Source: an uncultured delta proteobacterium
Lineage (GTDB): Bacteria > Desulfobacterota > Binatia > Binatales > Binataceae
NCBI GenBank assembly: GCA_963794325.1
Contig: CAWCDG010000004.1
Span: forward strand, 768,001 to 832,000
Direction: 5' to 3'
DNA: 64,000 nt
How positions within the stretch are numbered: the first letter of the stretch is position 1; every line of letters begins with the position of its first letter. Below the pieces are notes generated by a model, which was given only the letters and a program-made list of their open reading frames with translations, had not been told where the DNA came from and searched no databases. This document shows, in pieces, positions 40,113 through 50,014 of this stretch. Made by a program: the position numbers and the translations under genes.

Positions 40113-41921
40113 ATGCAGCCCGACAGTATTGTCCATAATGCCAGGATCGCAACGAATGGCGTCCCGTCGTTCGTCGAAGCAGTCGCTATCACGGACGGAA
40201 AGATCAGTGCGGTAGGTCGCAGTGACGAGATTCTGCGGCAGCGTGGCCCGGCGACGAATGTGATCGATTGCGGTGGCCGCACCGTCATTCCCGGCCTGAA
40301 TGACTCGCACATGCATCCGATCCGCGGCGGGCTTAACTACAACATGGAGTTGCGTTGGGATGGTGTGCCGTCGCTTGCCGACGCACTGCGTATGCTGAAG
40401 TCGCAAGCTGCGCTGACACCTGCCCCGCAGTGGGTGCGAGTGGTAGGAGGATGGACGGAATTCCAGTTCGCGGAACGGCGTATGCCCACGCTGGATGAGA
40501 TCAACGCGGTGTCACCGGACACGCCGGTCTTTGTGCTCCACTTATATGATCGCGCGCTTCTAAATGCGGCGGCGCTACGCGCTGTCGGATACACCAAAGA
40601 TACGCCTCCACCACCTGCCGGCGAGATCCAGCGCGATCGCCAGGGCAATCCAACAGGACTGCTCATCGCCAAGCCCAGCGCGATGATTCTCTACGCCACG
40701 CTGGCCAAGGGACCCAAACTCTCGCGCGAAGACCAGATAAATTCGACGCGCCTGTTCATGCGCGAGCTCAATCGGTTCGGTATAACGAGCGTCGTAGACG
40801 CTGGAGGCGGCTTCCAGAATTATCCAGATGACTACGAAGTCGTGCGCGAGCTGCACGAGCGCGGCGAGATGACGGTCCGCCTGGCGTACAATCTGTTTAC
40901 TCAGAAGCCGAAGCAAGAGCTGGGCGACTTTCAGTCGTGGACCCGGATGACGAAACCCGGCGCGGGCGACGATTTTTTCCGGATGAACGGCGGGGGCGAG
41001 ATGCTCGTCTACTCGGCGGCGGATTTCGAGGATTTCCTCGAGCCACGTCCTGAAATGCCCGACCCGATGGAAGCGGAACTAAAGTCAGTGGTACGGCACC
41101 TCGCTGAGAATCGCTGGCCGTTCCGGCTGCACACGACCTACGAGGAGACCATCACGCGCGCGCTGAACGTGTACGAAGAAGTGAATCGCGAGGTCCCATT
41201 CGACGGTCTTCACTGGTTCTTCGACCACTGCGAAACGATCTCAGATCGCAATATCGAACGCGTCAAAGCACTCGGCGGCGGTATCGCGGTTCAGGACCGG
41301 ATGGCGTTTCAAGGCGAATATTTCGTCGATCGCTACGGCGCCAAGCAGGCGAGGCGTACTCCGCCGATCAGGAAAATGCTTGAGTTGGGCGTACCGGTCG
41401 GCGCGGGCACAGACGCGACGCGGGTCTCAAGCTACAACCCATTCCTTTCGTTGTACTGGCTCATCACCGGCAAGACCATCGGCGGGACCGCGCTCTACAA
41501 TGAGGACAACCGCCTGGAACGGATGGAGGCGCTTCGCCTGTATACCGTCGGCAGCAGTTGGTTCTCTTCAGAGGACGGCAAGAAGGGATCGCTCGCACCC
41601 GGCCAACTGGCGGATCTGGCCGTGCTGTCCGCGGACTACTTTTCGATTCCTGAAGATGAGATCAAACGTCTGGAGTCCGTGCTGACGATAGTGGACGGCA
41701 AAATAGTCTACGCGAATGAACCATTCGCAAAGCTCGCACCTCCGGCGTTGCCGGTGAGTCCCGACTGGTCGCCGGTCAAGCAGTACGGCGGTTACTGCCG
41801 AACTCCATTGACACACGCCGCAGCGAATCTCCATTCGGCAAAGCGCGTGAGCGAATCGCGTTCTCACATTTGGCATCCGCGCCACTTATGGGATTTTGGG
41901 TGCGATTGCTTCGCGTTCTAA
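40113..41921 (+). CDS. amidohydrolase_3 (YtcJ/NfdA-like)
   Basis: PGLNDSHMH, ELRWDGVPSL, FRLH, DHCE, GAGTDATRV, GQLADLAVLS, C-terminal GCDCFAF. Confidence 0.92.
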   Translation: MQPDSIVHNARIATNGVPSFVEAVAITDGKISAVGRSDEILRQRGPATNVIDCGGRTVIPGLNDSHMHPIRGGLNYNMELRWDGVPSLADALRMLKSQAALTPAPQWVRVVGGWTEFQFAERRMPTLDEINAVSPDTPVFVLHLYDRALLNAAALRAVGYTKDTPPPPAGEIQRDRQGNPTGLLIAKPSAMILYATLAKGPKLSREDQINSTRLFMRELNRFGITSVVDAGGGFQNYPDDYEVVRELHERGEMTVRLAYNLFTQKPKQELGDFQSWTRMTKPGAGDDFFRMNGGGEMLVYSAADFEDFLEPRPEMPDPMEAELKSVVRHLAENRWPFRLHTTYEETITRALNVYEEVNREVPFDGLHWFFDHCETISDRNIERVKALGGGIAVQDRMAFQGEYFVDRYGAKQARRTPPIRKMLELGVPVGAGTDATRVSSYNPFLSLYWLITGKTIGGTALYNEDNRLERMEALRLYTVGSSWFSSEDGKKGSLAPGQLADLAVLSADYFSIPEDEIKRLESVLTIVDGKIVYANEPFAKLAPPALPVSPDWSPVKQYGGYCRTPLTHAAANLHSAKRVSESRSHIWHPRHLWDFGCDCFAF

Positions 41922-41934
41922 GGAGGGCAGTATT

Positions 41935-42126
41935 ATGGCCGCTGCCATCATTGGACTCGTTCTTGGCTTGGTCATCGGAGCCGGATGCCGGTTCTTCGAT
42001 ATTCCATCGCCAGCACCCCCGCGCTTGATTGGGGCGTGTCTCTTGCTCGCGATGACGGTAGGCTTCGTTACTGCAGACCATATACTGTCGCCGGGGAAAA
42101 CATTGGTGCAACTGGATACACCATGA
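41935..42126 (+). CDS. XapX domain (DUF1427) small membrane protein 1
   Basis: GAGCRFFDIPSPAPP.LIGA; AGGAGG RBS. Confidence 0.82.
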   Translation: MAAAIIGLVLGLVIGAGCRFFDIPSPAPPRLIGACLLLAMTVGFVTADHILSPGKTLVQLDTP

Positions 42127-42359
42127 AATCGATGATCGGCATTGCACTGGCGTTCGCATTGGGGTTCGCGTGCCGGGCGTTCGGAATTCCATCGCCGGCA
42201 CCACCTCTAATACTTGGCGCATTGCTCGTGATGACAATGACGATCGGTTACATCGCAGTCGATCGCTGGATGGCGTCGCCGGCTCAGCATGCTCCGGATT
42301 GCGGCGGACCGAGCGGGCTGGCCGCATCTCAGGCACTATCGAAAAGTGCGGAGCACTGA
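42123..42359 (+). CDS. XapX domain (DUF1427) small membrane protein 2
   Basis: GFACRAFGIPSPAPPLILGA; ATGA-coupled; C-terminal CGGPSG. Confidence 0.85.
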   Translation: MKSMIGIALAFALGFACRAFGIPSPAPPLILGALLVMTMTIGYIAVDRWMASPAQHAPDCGGPSGLAASQALSKSAEH

Positions 42360-42400
42360 GCGATGCCAGCGCTGCAATTCGCCGAGTTCGTCGCGTTCGT

Positions 42401-43873
42401 GTGACAGAAAATTCGGTGCACTCGGCATACACCCAACAAGGTCAATCTCGTTCTCGATCATGGCAATTGGTTGTCGCTGCCGGTGCTGCTGTTCTAGTGC
42501 TAGCAAGTGTCGCCCGGAGCCAGGCGGCCTCGTCCTGTCCTTCGGGGCCAAAGTATTCGAATGTCCGATACGATGACGATTTCAGCTACCTGCGCGATCC
42601 CGCATGCCGCAATGATTTCTGGGATCCGCTCAAATACATACCACTCAATTCGCGACGAGACTGGTATCTTTCTCTCGGCGGTGAAATCCGCGAACGCTAT
42701 GAGCGCTTTAACAATCCTCTTTGGGGGCAGCAACCCCAGAGTCGCGGCGGATACCTGTTGCAACGGTATTTCCTCATTGGCGATCTCCACTTGGGAGAAA
42801 GCGTACGGATTTTCTCTGAATTGATGAGCGATTGGGAAAACGACAGGGTCGGCGGACCGCGCCCAATGATCGATCAGGATCAGCTGGATTTCACACAGTT
42901 CTTTGTCGATCTAAAACTGCACCCGTTCGGTTCCGATACTTCGTTAACACTTCGTGTCGGTCGCCAGTGGTTGATCTATGGATCTCAGCGTTTGATATCC
43001 AATCGCTACGGACCCAACGTGCCCCTGCCGTTTGATGGAGTGAAAGCGATTTTGAATGCGGCTCCTTGGCGCGTCGATGCCTTCGCGACCAAGCCGGTCG
43101 AAACCAACCCCGGCGTCTTCGACGACCAGTCTCATCTGCCCTCATGGTTCTGGGGAATTTACGCTGTGCGACCGCTCTCATTCATCGATGGCGCCAACAT
43201 CGACCTCTACTACTTGGGGACTCACAATAAGACTGCTACCTACGCGAATGAGTCGGGCAAGGAAAGTCGGCAAACCGTTGGCACCCGCCTGTGGGGCGTC
43301 CGAGGGGCTTGGGACTCCAACTCAGAATTCGTCGGTCAGACCGGAACATTTGCCGACGGCTACATCCTGGCCTGGAGCGCAGCTACGGATACCGGTTATA
43401 CGCTACAGCCCGTTCCACTCCAGCCTCGAATCGGGCTACGGGCGGGTGTCGCTAGCGGCGATCACGACAAACATGGTCCAAACCTTCAGACATTCAGTCC
43501 ATTATTCCCCACTGGTTTCTATTTCAACCAGGCGATTCTTAACGGTCCGTTAAATGAAATGGGTGTTCATCCGAACCTCATGCTTCACATGGGTGAAAGC
43601 ATTGCACTCAATGGCGAATGGGGCTGGTTCTGGCGCCAAAGCACTAGTGATGGGATCTACGGACTCGGTTCAAACCTGTTACGCCCGGTTGGGACTACCA
43701 AGGATACCTACGAAGGCAGCCAGGCCCAGGTGACATTCGATTGGCAGCTCGATGCTCACACGCACTTTCAAATTAACTACCTGCACTTTTTCGTAGGAGG
43801 CTATCTTAAAGATACGTCGCCAGTCGGAAAAGATGTGGATTTCGTGACAACGTCAATTCAATACCTCTTTTAG
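42401..43873 (+). CDS. alginate export (AlgE-like) outer-membrane beta-barrel (start uncertain)
   Basis: RYDDDFSYL, DPLKYIPL, LSLGGEIRERYE, LRVGRQ, ASGD; terminal Phe. Confidence 0.85.
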   Translation: MTENSVHSAYTQQGQSRSRSWQLVVAAGAAVLVLASVARSQAASSCPSGPKYSNVRYDDDFSYLRDPACRNDFWDPLKYIPLNSRRDWYLSLGGEIRERYERFNNPLWGQQPQSRGGYLLQRYFLIGDLHLGESVRIFSELMSDWENDRVGGPRPMIDQDQLDFTQFFVDLKLHPFGSDTSLTLRVGRQWLIYGSQRLISNRYGPNVPLPFDGVKAILNAAPWRVDAFATKPVETNPGVFDDQSHLPSWFWGIYAVRPLSFIDGANIDLYYLGTHNKTATYANESGKESRQTVGTRLWGVRGAWDSNSEFVGQTGTFADGYILAWSAATDTGYTLQPVPLQPRIGLRAGVASGDHDKHGPNLQTFSPLFPTGFYFNQAILNGPLNEMGVHPNLMLHMGESIALNGEWGWFWRQSTSDGIYGLGSNLLRPVGTTKDTYEGSQAQVTFDWQLDAHTHFQINYLHFFVGGYLKDTSPVGKDVDFVTTSIQYLF

Positions 43874-43886
43874 AAGGAACGCCCCG

Positions 43887-44810
43887 ATGCGAATAACCAG
43901 AGCCTTTATGGCGGCTATCATTGTTCTTCTCGTTATTGGCTATGTTGGTCCTTTGTCGTTCCCTACACCAGCATTTGCCGAGACCGCGAGAGCTACTTCA
44001 AACGTGGCTGTGGGTCCTCAATATGACACGACCCACGTTTATGTCGCGCCAGGTGAATTCGACACTTTCGTCGCTAGCCTTGTTGCAACTTTTGGCGGCA
44101 CGACTTCGAAGAAAGGTGTCTTCACTGTAACCCCTACTCCCAGCAAGACGATGTCTCAATTGGTACTCACACCAGTGGGAACAATATCCGTCTTCGGTTT
44201 CGAGACGCCGATTCCGTATCCATTTGGCTCAGAGCGGACGGGTTATCTTGTGACTGACATGGAGTCGGCGATCAGCGCTGCTCACGCGACCGGCGCAGAT
44301 ATTCTCGTCAGTCCCTTCAAGGATCCGATCGGCCTGGATGCGATCATCCAATGGCCGGGCGGGGTCAACACACAACTGTACTGGCATACCACCGCACCAT
44401 CTTATGCGCCTCTCCAGAGCATTCCGGAAAATCGTGTTTACGTCTCCTCATATGCAGTGAGCGCTTTCGTGCGCAGCTTTCGTGCCTTCTCACACGGCGA
44501 AGTTATTTCAGATGATGCGCATGCCCCCGGCCTCGAAATCGGACGCCCCGCCGATACTTATCGAAGAATTCGAATCCAATCGAAGTTTGGCAAGATGACC
44601 GTGCTCGTGACAGATGGCCATCTGCCGTATCCATATGGACGAGAGATAACCGGGTATGAGGTCGCTAACCTCTCGGACACCCTCTCCAAGGCCAAAGCAG
44701 CCGGCGTAGCCGTCCTCGTCGATCCCTACAAAGCCGACGATCGGAATGCAGCCATGGTGCGATTTCCTGGCGGCTACATAGCTGAAGTCCATTCGCTCGT
44801 CAGTAGATAG
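43887..44810 (+). CDS. exported glyoxalase/VOC-fold protein
   Basis: Signal peptide (PAFA-E), VAVGPQYDTTHVYV, ERTGYLV, FPGGYIAEVH. Confidence 0.8.
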   Translation: MRITRAFMAAIIVLLVIGYVGPLSFPTPAFAETARATSNVAVGPQYDTTHVYVAPGEFDTFVASLVATFGGTTSKKGVFTVTPTPSKTMSQLVLTPVGTISVFGFETPIPYPFGSERTGYLVTDMESAISAAHATGADILVSPFKDPIGLDAIIQWPGGVNTQLYWHTTAPSYAPLQSIPENRVYVSSYAVSAFVRSFRAFSHGEVISDDAHAPGLEIGRPADTYRRIRIQSKFGKMTVLVTDGHLPYPYGREITGYEVANLSDTLSKAKAAGVAVLVDPYKADDRNAAMVRFPGGYIAEVHSLVSR

Positions 44811-44871
44811 AATGCGAAGGCAACAGTCTTTTACTCCAGGTACTAGCTCGCGTCCAAGAGGTTAGGCTAGC

Positions 44872-46518
44872 TTGGCGCCTCGCGAAGAAACTGCCGATCC
44901 AGCGACGCCTTCGAACCAACGGCCGAACTCTGCCTGGAGCCCGTTTCGGCATAAGACCTTCGCCGTCATTTGGACCGCGACCGTTATCTCAAACATCGGC
45001 GGCTGGATGTACAGCGCAGCGTCGGGCTGGCTGATGACCAGCCTCAACCCTTCGCCGCTTATCGTTTCGATGGTCCAGGTTGCAACGAGTTTACCGTACT
45101 GCCTCTTTGCCCTTCCGGCCGGCGCACTTGCCGATATCGTGGACCGGCGCAAACTTCTCATCTTCGGCGAGGTCGTTACGATCGTTTTCTCGTCCGCGCT
45201 TGCCGCGCTCGTACTGCTTCATCGGGTAACTCCACTGAACTTGCTGCTTCTTACATTCCTAATAGAGGCGGGCTCTGCCGTCATCGCGCCCGCCTGGCAA
45301 GCAGTCGTTCCACAGCTCGTTCCGAAATCGGATTTGGCTGCAGCGGTGTCTGCCAACAGCGCCGGCATCAACGTCAGCCGCGCCGTCGGTCCCGCGCTCA
45401 GCGGTGCAGTAATTGGCGCGTACGGAATTGCGGCTCCCTTTTGGATCAACGCCGTTAGCACCCTGGCGGTTGTTGGCGCGCTCGTATGGTGGCGCCAATC
45501 GAGTAGCGGCGACCGACGTCTGCCCCCAGAGCGCTTCCTCAATGCCATTCGCACGGGTTTGCGATATGCGCGATACAACGGACCTCTTAGTGCGACCCTG
45601 ATCCGCGCAACAGCCTTCTTCGTGTTCGCCAGCGCTTACTGGGCCTTATTGCCGCTTGTTGCGCGCAGACAAATCGCCGGGGGACCGGAAATCTACGGCG
45701 TCCTACTCGGTGCGATCGGCGCCGGAGCGGTAGGCGGTGCATTTGCTTTGCCTCGATTAAAAGCGGCGCTCAATCCCGACTGGCTCGTAGCTGTAGGGAC
45801 CTTTGGCACCGCTAGTGCGATGGCGTTATTCGGGCTGGCTCACGAGGTCTTTTTGGGTTTGGCCGCAAGCTTGATCGCTGGCGTTTCGTGGATCACGGTG
45901 CTGTCCAGTCTCAATATTTCAGCGCAGGTCGCGTTGCCGGAATGGGTGCGCGGGCGCGGACTTTCTATGTTCGTAACAGTCCTTTCCGCCGGTTTGACGA
46001 TTGGCAGCGCGATATGGGGACAGGTTGCGACGATTGCTGGCCTTCCACTCGCCCACTTCATCGCCGCGGGCGGCGCGTTGATAGCGATACCGCTAACGTG
46101 GAGATGGAAGCTGCAAACCGGCGCTGACCTCGACCTGACGCCCTCGATGAGGTGGCCTGCACCGATCACCACTCATGAAATCGAACGCGATCGCGGACCG
46201 GTACTTATAACGACGGAGTACGACATCGATCCGGCGCAGCGCGAAGCGTTCCTGAAGGCGATCGCCGAATTGGCACGCGAGCGCCGCCGCGACGGCGCGT
46301 ACGACTGGGGAATATTCGAGGATCCGGCGAACGACGGTCGATTTGTTGAGACCTTTCTCGTCGATTCCTGGTTGGAGCATCTGCGGCAGCATGAGCGTGT
46401 GACCAAAGCCGATAGTGCGCTACAGATAGCCGTCGATCGCTTTCAGAGGAAAGGCGCACCGAAAGTCACACATCTGATCGCAGCAGATCTTCCCGGCGCC
46501 TCGAACGCCGACCGTTAG
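44872..46518 (+). CDS. MFS transporter (MFS_3/DUF894) with C-terminal soluble domain
   Basis: GALADIVDRRK, LPEWVRGRG, GPVLIT.EY, RRRDGA..WG, WLEHLRQHERVT. Confidence 0.9.
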   Translation: MAPREETADPATPSNQRPNSAWSPFRHKTFAVIWTATVISNIGGWMYSAASGWLMTSLNPSPLIVSMVQVATSLPYCLFALPAGALADIVDRRKLLIFGEVVTIVFSSALAALVLLHRVTPLNLLLLTFLIEAGSAVIAPAWQAVVPQLVPKSDLAAAVSANSAGINVSRAVGPALSGAVIGAYGIAAPFWINAVSTLAVVGALVWWRQSSSGDRRLPPERFLNAIRTGLRYARYNGPLSATLIRATAFFVFASAYWALLPLVARRQIAGGPEIYGVLLGAIGAGAVGGAFALPRLKAALNPDWLVAVGTFGTASAMALFGLAHEVFLGLAASLIAGVSWITVLSSLNISAQVALPEWVRGRGLSMFVTVLSAGLTIGSAIWGQVATIAGLPLAHFIAAGGALIAIPLTWRWKLQTGADLDLTPSMRWPAPITTHEIERDRGPVLITTEYDIDPAQREAFLKAIAELARERRRDGAYDWGIFEDPANDGRFVETFLVDSWLEHLRQHERVTKADSALQIAVDRFQRKGAPKVTHLIAADLPGASNADR

Positions 46519-46788
46519 CCTTCACGATAGCGCAATTCCGACAACTCGAATTCCGGTCCAGATAAGTGTCCAACAGGGTCTTGCTGGTTCTCATTCAGTG
46601 CGGGAAGTTTTCCCACCCTGACCCACCTTAGACCAAAAGACGTCCTGACTAAAATTCTGCGATCGCAAGCCTCTCGGAGGTAGCCGCTCGATTCCGCTCT
46701 GCCCAAGCTATCAGGGAATCTAAATAGAACCCGGGAATCATCTACTACCGCTCGACTTCCACGACTAATGCCTGGCCCGCGTTCGAAT

Positions 46789-47814
46789 TTATGCTTGCAG
46801 TCTCTCAGCAGCGTGCCGGTAGGCAAACATGAAGTACGCCGCGACCAACGCCATTCCCGGAATGAACCATACCAGTCCGATGCTGAGTCCATGGCTGGAA
46901 GCGGAGGCGTTATAGATGGTCAATCCATTTTGGGCATCGCTAATCGAAGGTAGCAGGTATGGATAGTGCCCGAATGCGGCCGCAGCGAGCATCGTAAGGA
47001 CATACGCGCATGAACACAGGAACGCGGCTGGATCACGATCAGCACGGCTTGACAATTTCACCCCCGCGAGGCTACCGAGAGCCGTTACCGGGAAAATAAA
47101 TCCCCAAGGGCGAGCCGCGTAGCGGCGCGCGAAATGGGGCAGCGTTAGTGGAACGACTAACAGGAGCGCGATTGTCAGCAGCACGAGGATCGCCCACGCT
47201 AGATGGGCCATCCGCCGCGAGCGAGATTGCAGCTCGCCACGAGTCTTCATTGCGACCCACAGCGCGCCATGCATTGTAAGCGCCGCAACGCTCGCCACGC
47301 CCAACGTAATCGTGAACCAATCCAGGATGCCCGGGTCGGGTCCGATGCGAAAATTTGTCCAGAGCGGAAGAAAGAAAGAATCGTTCGCGTCGAGTGGAAC
47401 TCCGCGCATAACGTTACCCAGGGCGGCGCCGAAAAAAAGTGCAAGTAGGGCGCTAGCCCCCGCAAAGACCACGTCCCAGAACGGCATCCAGACGGGACTT
47501 CTTATGTGATTGCGAAACTCCACAGCGATGCCGCGCAAGATGAGCAGCCACAGCACAATCATCAACGGCAAATAAAATCCGCTGAATCCAGATGCGTATG
47601 CGGCGGGGAATGCGAAGAAGAGAGTACCGCCCCCAGCGATCAACCACACTTCGTTCCCGTCCCAAACAGGCCCGATCGATTTCAAGAGTACGCGGCGCTC
47701 AGAATCAGTCCGGGCGACAACCAAATGGACAATTCCGACACCCATGTCGAAACCATCAAGCACCGCGAAGATCGCGAACATGACCGCGACTATGCCGAAC
47801 CACAGTGTATTCGT
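46789..47814 (-). CDS. cydB: cytochrome bd oxidase subunit II (start codon reads ACG)
   Basis: LDGFDMGVG, IGPVWDGNEVWL; AGGAGAG-CACT-ACG AAT ACA CTG TGG where MNTLW is expected. Confidence 0.88.
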   Translation of the reverse strand, partial: TNTLWFGIVAVMFAIFAVLDGFDMGVGIVHLVVARTDSERRVLLKSIGPVWDGNEVWLIAGGGTLFFAFPAAYASGFSGFYLPLMIVLWLLILRGIAVEFRNHIRSPVWMPFWDVVFAGASALLALFFGAALGNVMRGVPLDANDSFFLPLWTNFRIGPDPGILDWFTITLGVASVAALTMHGALWVAMKTRGELQSRSRRMAHLAWAILVLLTIALLLVVPLTLPHFARRYAARPWGFIFPVTALGSLAGVKLSSRADRDPAAFLCSCAYVLTMLAAAAFGHYPYLLPSISDAQNGLTIYNASASSHGLSIGLVWFIPGMALVAAYFMFAYRHAAERLQA

Positions 47815-47828
47815 AGTGCTCTCCTGTC

Positions 47829-49187
47829 TCAGTCTGCGGCAGCGAGAACGTCTTGCGAGCCCGAATGCTCTACACCGCCAGGTCCGCGCTGGATCTCGAG
47901 ATAGATCAAGAACAGGAATAGGACCGAAAGCGCCGCATACATCCCCATGAAGCCTATCAGCGTGAACAATCCATTTCCCGCCGATACCAAGGGAGATATT
48001 CCAACGTCCGTGCGCATAAGCCCATAGACGAGCCACGGCTGACGTCCTAACTCGGCCGTAATCCATCCCGCCGTCGTAGCTATGTATGGAAATGGCGCGA
48101 GCAGCATCAACGCCCACAGCACCAACGGCGTGTCATACAGACGGCGTCGATACAGCAGCCATCCCGCCAGCGCGAAGACCGCGACGAAGATCGTCCCCAA
48201 GCCGACCATGATATGGTAGGCGTAATAGAGGAGTGGGATGTTATCCGGCCATTGATTACTGGGAAACTCCAGCAGCCCTTGCACCTCGGCCTTCCAGCGG
48301 CGATAGGTCAGAAAGCTCAGCACATCTGGAACAACTATTGGATTATCGATCTTTCGAGCTTCCACATTCGGCTGGCCGATGATCACGAGGGGCGCACCGC
48401 GCTGGTTTTCAAACAAACCTTCCATCGCCGCCAGGGTAACCGGTTGATAGCGCGCAACGTTTCGCCCCTGTCCGTCTCCAGTTGGAAACACCATCAGGAG
48501 AGATGCTATCAGTCCCGCGATCACACCCAGGCGCACGAATGTCTGGCCGAAGTCCTCGAACTGATGCATCAGGAGATAGAACGCTCCCAGCGCCGCCATC
48601 GCCACCGAGCCAGTTACTACCGCGCCCATCATGTTGTGAAGGTATTGCCAGATCGCCCATGGGTTGGTCAGAAGTGCTACCAGGCTCGTCAACCCGAACG
48701 TGCCGTCGTTGTTGATCGAGAAGCCCACCGGATGCTGCATCCATGCGTTAGTCGCGATAATGAAGAAGCCTGAGATCCACGAGCCCAGAAATACGAGGAA
48801 GGCCGCAAGCCAATGAAGGCGCGGCCCCAGCTGCTTTTCGCCGAACAGGAATGCGCCTAGAAACGTGGATTCCAGGAAGAACGAGAAGACCCCTTCCATT
48901 GCAAGCGTTTGTCCGATCACGCCGCCGGCGGTCTTCGAGAACGCCGACCAGTTGGTGCCGAACTGGAACTCCAACGGGATTCCGGTGACTACGCCGACGA
49001 CAAAGTTGATGCCGAAGATGCGACCCCAGAAGCGCGCGGCCTCGTCGTAGTGCCCATCGCCAGTACGAAGCGCGAGTGTCTTGAGGACCACGATAAGGAG
49101 CGCGAGACCCATCGTCAGCTGCGGAAACAGGTAATGAAAGGTGGCAGTGAATGCGAAATGGATACGATCAACCGTCAGTGCATCCAT
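47829..49187 (-). CDS. cydA: cytochrome bd oxidase subunit I
   Basis: FHYLFP, FQFGTNW, NAWMQHP, QPVTLAAMEG, GWITAELGRQPW. Confidence 0.95.
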   Translation of the reverse strand: MDALTVDRIHFAFTATFHYLFPQLTMGLALLIVVLKTLALRTGDGHYDEAARFWGRIFGINFVVGVVTGIPLEFQFGTNWSAFSKTAGGVIGQTLAMEGVFSFFLESTFLGAFLFGEKQLGPRLHWLAAFLVFLGSWISGFFIIATNAWMQHPVGFSINNDGTFGLTSLVALLTNPWAIWQYLHNMMGAVVTGSVAMAALGAFYLLMHQFEDFGQTFVRLGVIAGLIASLLMVFPTGDGQGRNVARYQPVTLAAMEGLFENQRGAPLVIIGQPNVEARKIDNPIVVPDVLSFLTYRRWKAEVQGLLEFPSNQWPDNIPLLYYAYHIMVGLGTIFVAVFALAGWLLYRRRLYDTPLVLWALMLLAPFPYIATTAGWITAELGRQPWLVYGLMRTDVGISPLVSAGNGLFTLIGFMGMYAALSVLFLFLIYLEIQRGPGGVEHSGSQDVLAAAD

Positions 49188-49216
49188 CCTGGCCTCCGAG
49201 CGCGCATTCGCGATCT

Positions 49217-49876
49217 CTAGACAGCTTGCGTAGTTCCCTTCTGCGCGCGCGGCCAGAATACAACGGTAAGCGTCGTTACACCCTGGGCCGGGTGGACCGT
49301 GGTTCCCGCAATATCTGCGGAGCCTGATGGTCCAGACACTGGCTTTTGATAGGCCGCTGGAGCACTCAAATGTTCGCCGGACTGAAGTGCAACGTCGCCA
49401 GACAGAACGATCACGGCGACTCCGCGGCGCGCGATCGCGGTATTCATCGCTGTCTCCAACGCACGCGGCATCTGGGCAGGAGTCGAGACCAACTGACAGT
49501 AGTAGCTGCACTCCCTAAATAGCGACTCGGGATGCGTCTCCTGGAAATAATCGGAACCCATCTCGGCGCTTGGAATATGCGCAGCGATTGCGAGAACCGG
49601 TACAGAGCTTCGATGGCAATCGAAGAGCCCGTTGATTAGATGAAGGTTGCCGGGACCGCAACTCTCGGCACAGACGGCAAGCTCGCCGGTGACGTGCGCG
49701 TCGGCGCCTGCGGCGAAGGCCGCCACTTCCTCGTGGCGGACGTGGACCCATTCGATGGTTTTCTGTCGGCGCATCGCGTCGGTTATCCCGTTGAGCGAGT
49801 CGCCGACTATTCCGTAGATTCGCTTAACGCCCGCCGCGGCGAGCGTCGCTGCCAGGCTTTCCGCCACTGTCGGCAT
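49217..49876 (-). pseudogene. poxB: truncated pyruvate:quinone oxidoreductase (PoxB-like) N-terminal fragment
   Basis: [28 protein letters not shown] (normally GSCGPGNLH); similarity ends after about 165 aa. Confidence 0.85.
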
Positions 49877-50014
49877 GATTTTTTCTCCCTCATAGCAGTG
49901 GTCCTGGGACTCTCACGCTAAAATTTCCCGCGCGTGTAACGATATTACTTCGAGCCGTTTTCTAACATGAACGCGGCAGGCCGTGGAAAGCCGGACGCAC
50001 CGGCGGTCTGCGAC

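Noticed and set aside
42401-43873. Alginate biosynthesis locus
   Set aside because: Only the AlgE-like barrel is present; no polymerase or other alg genes
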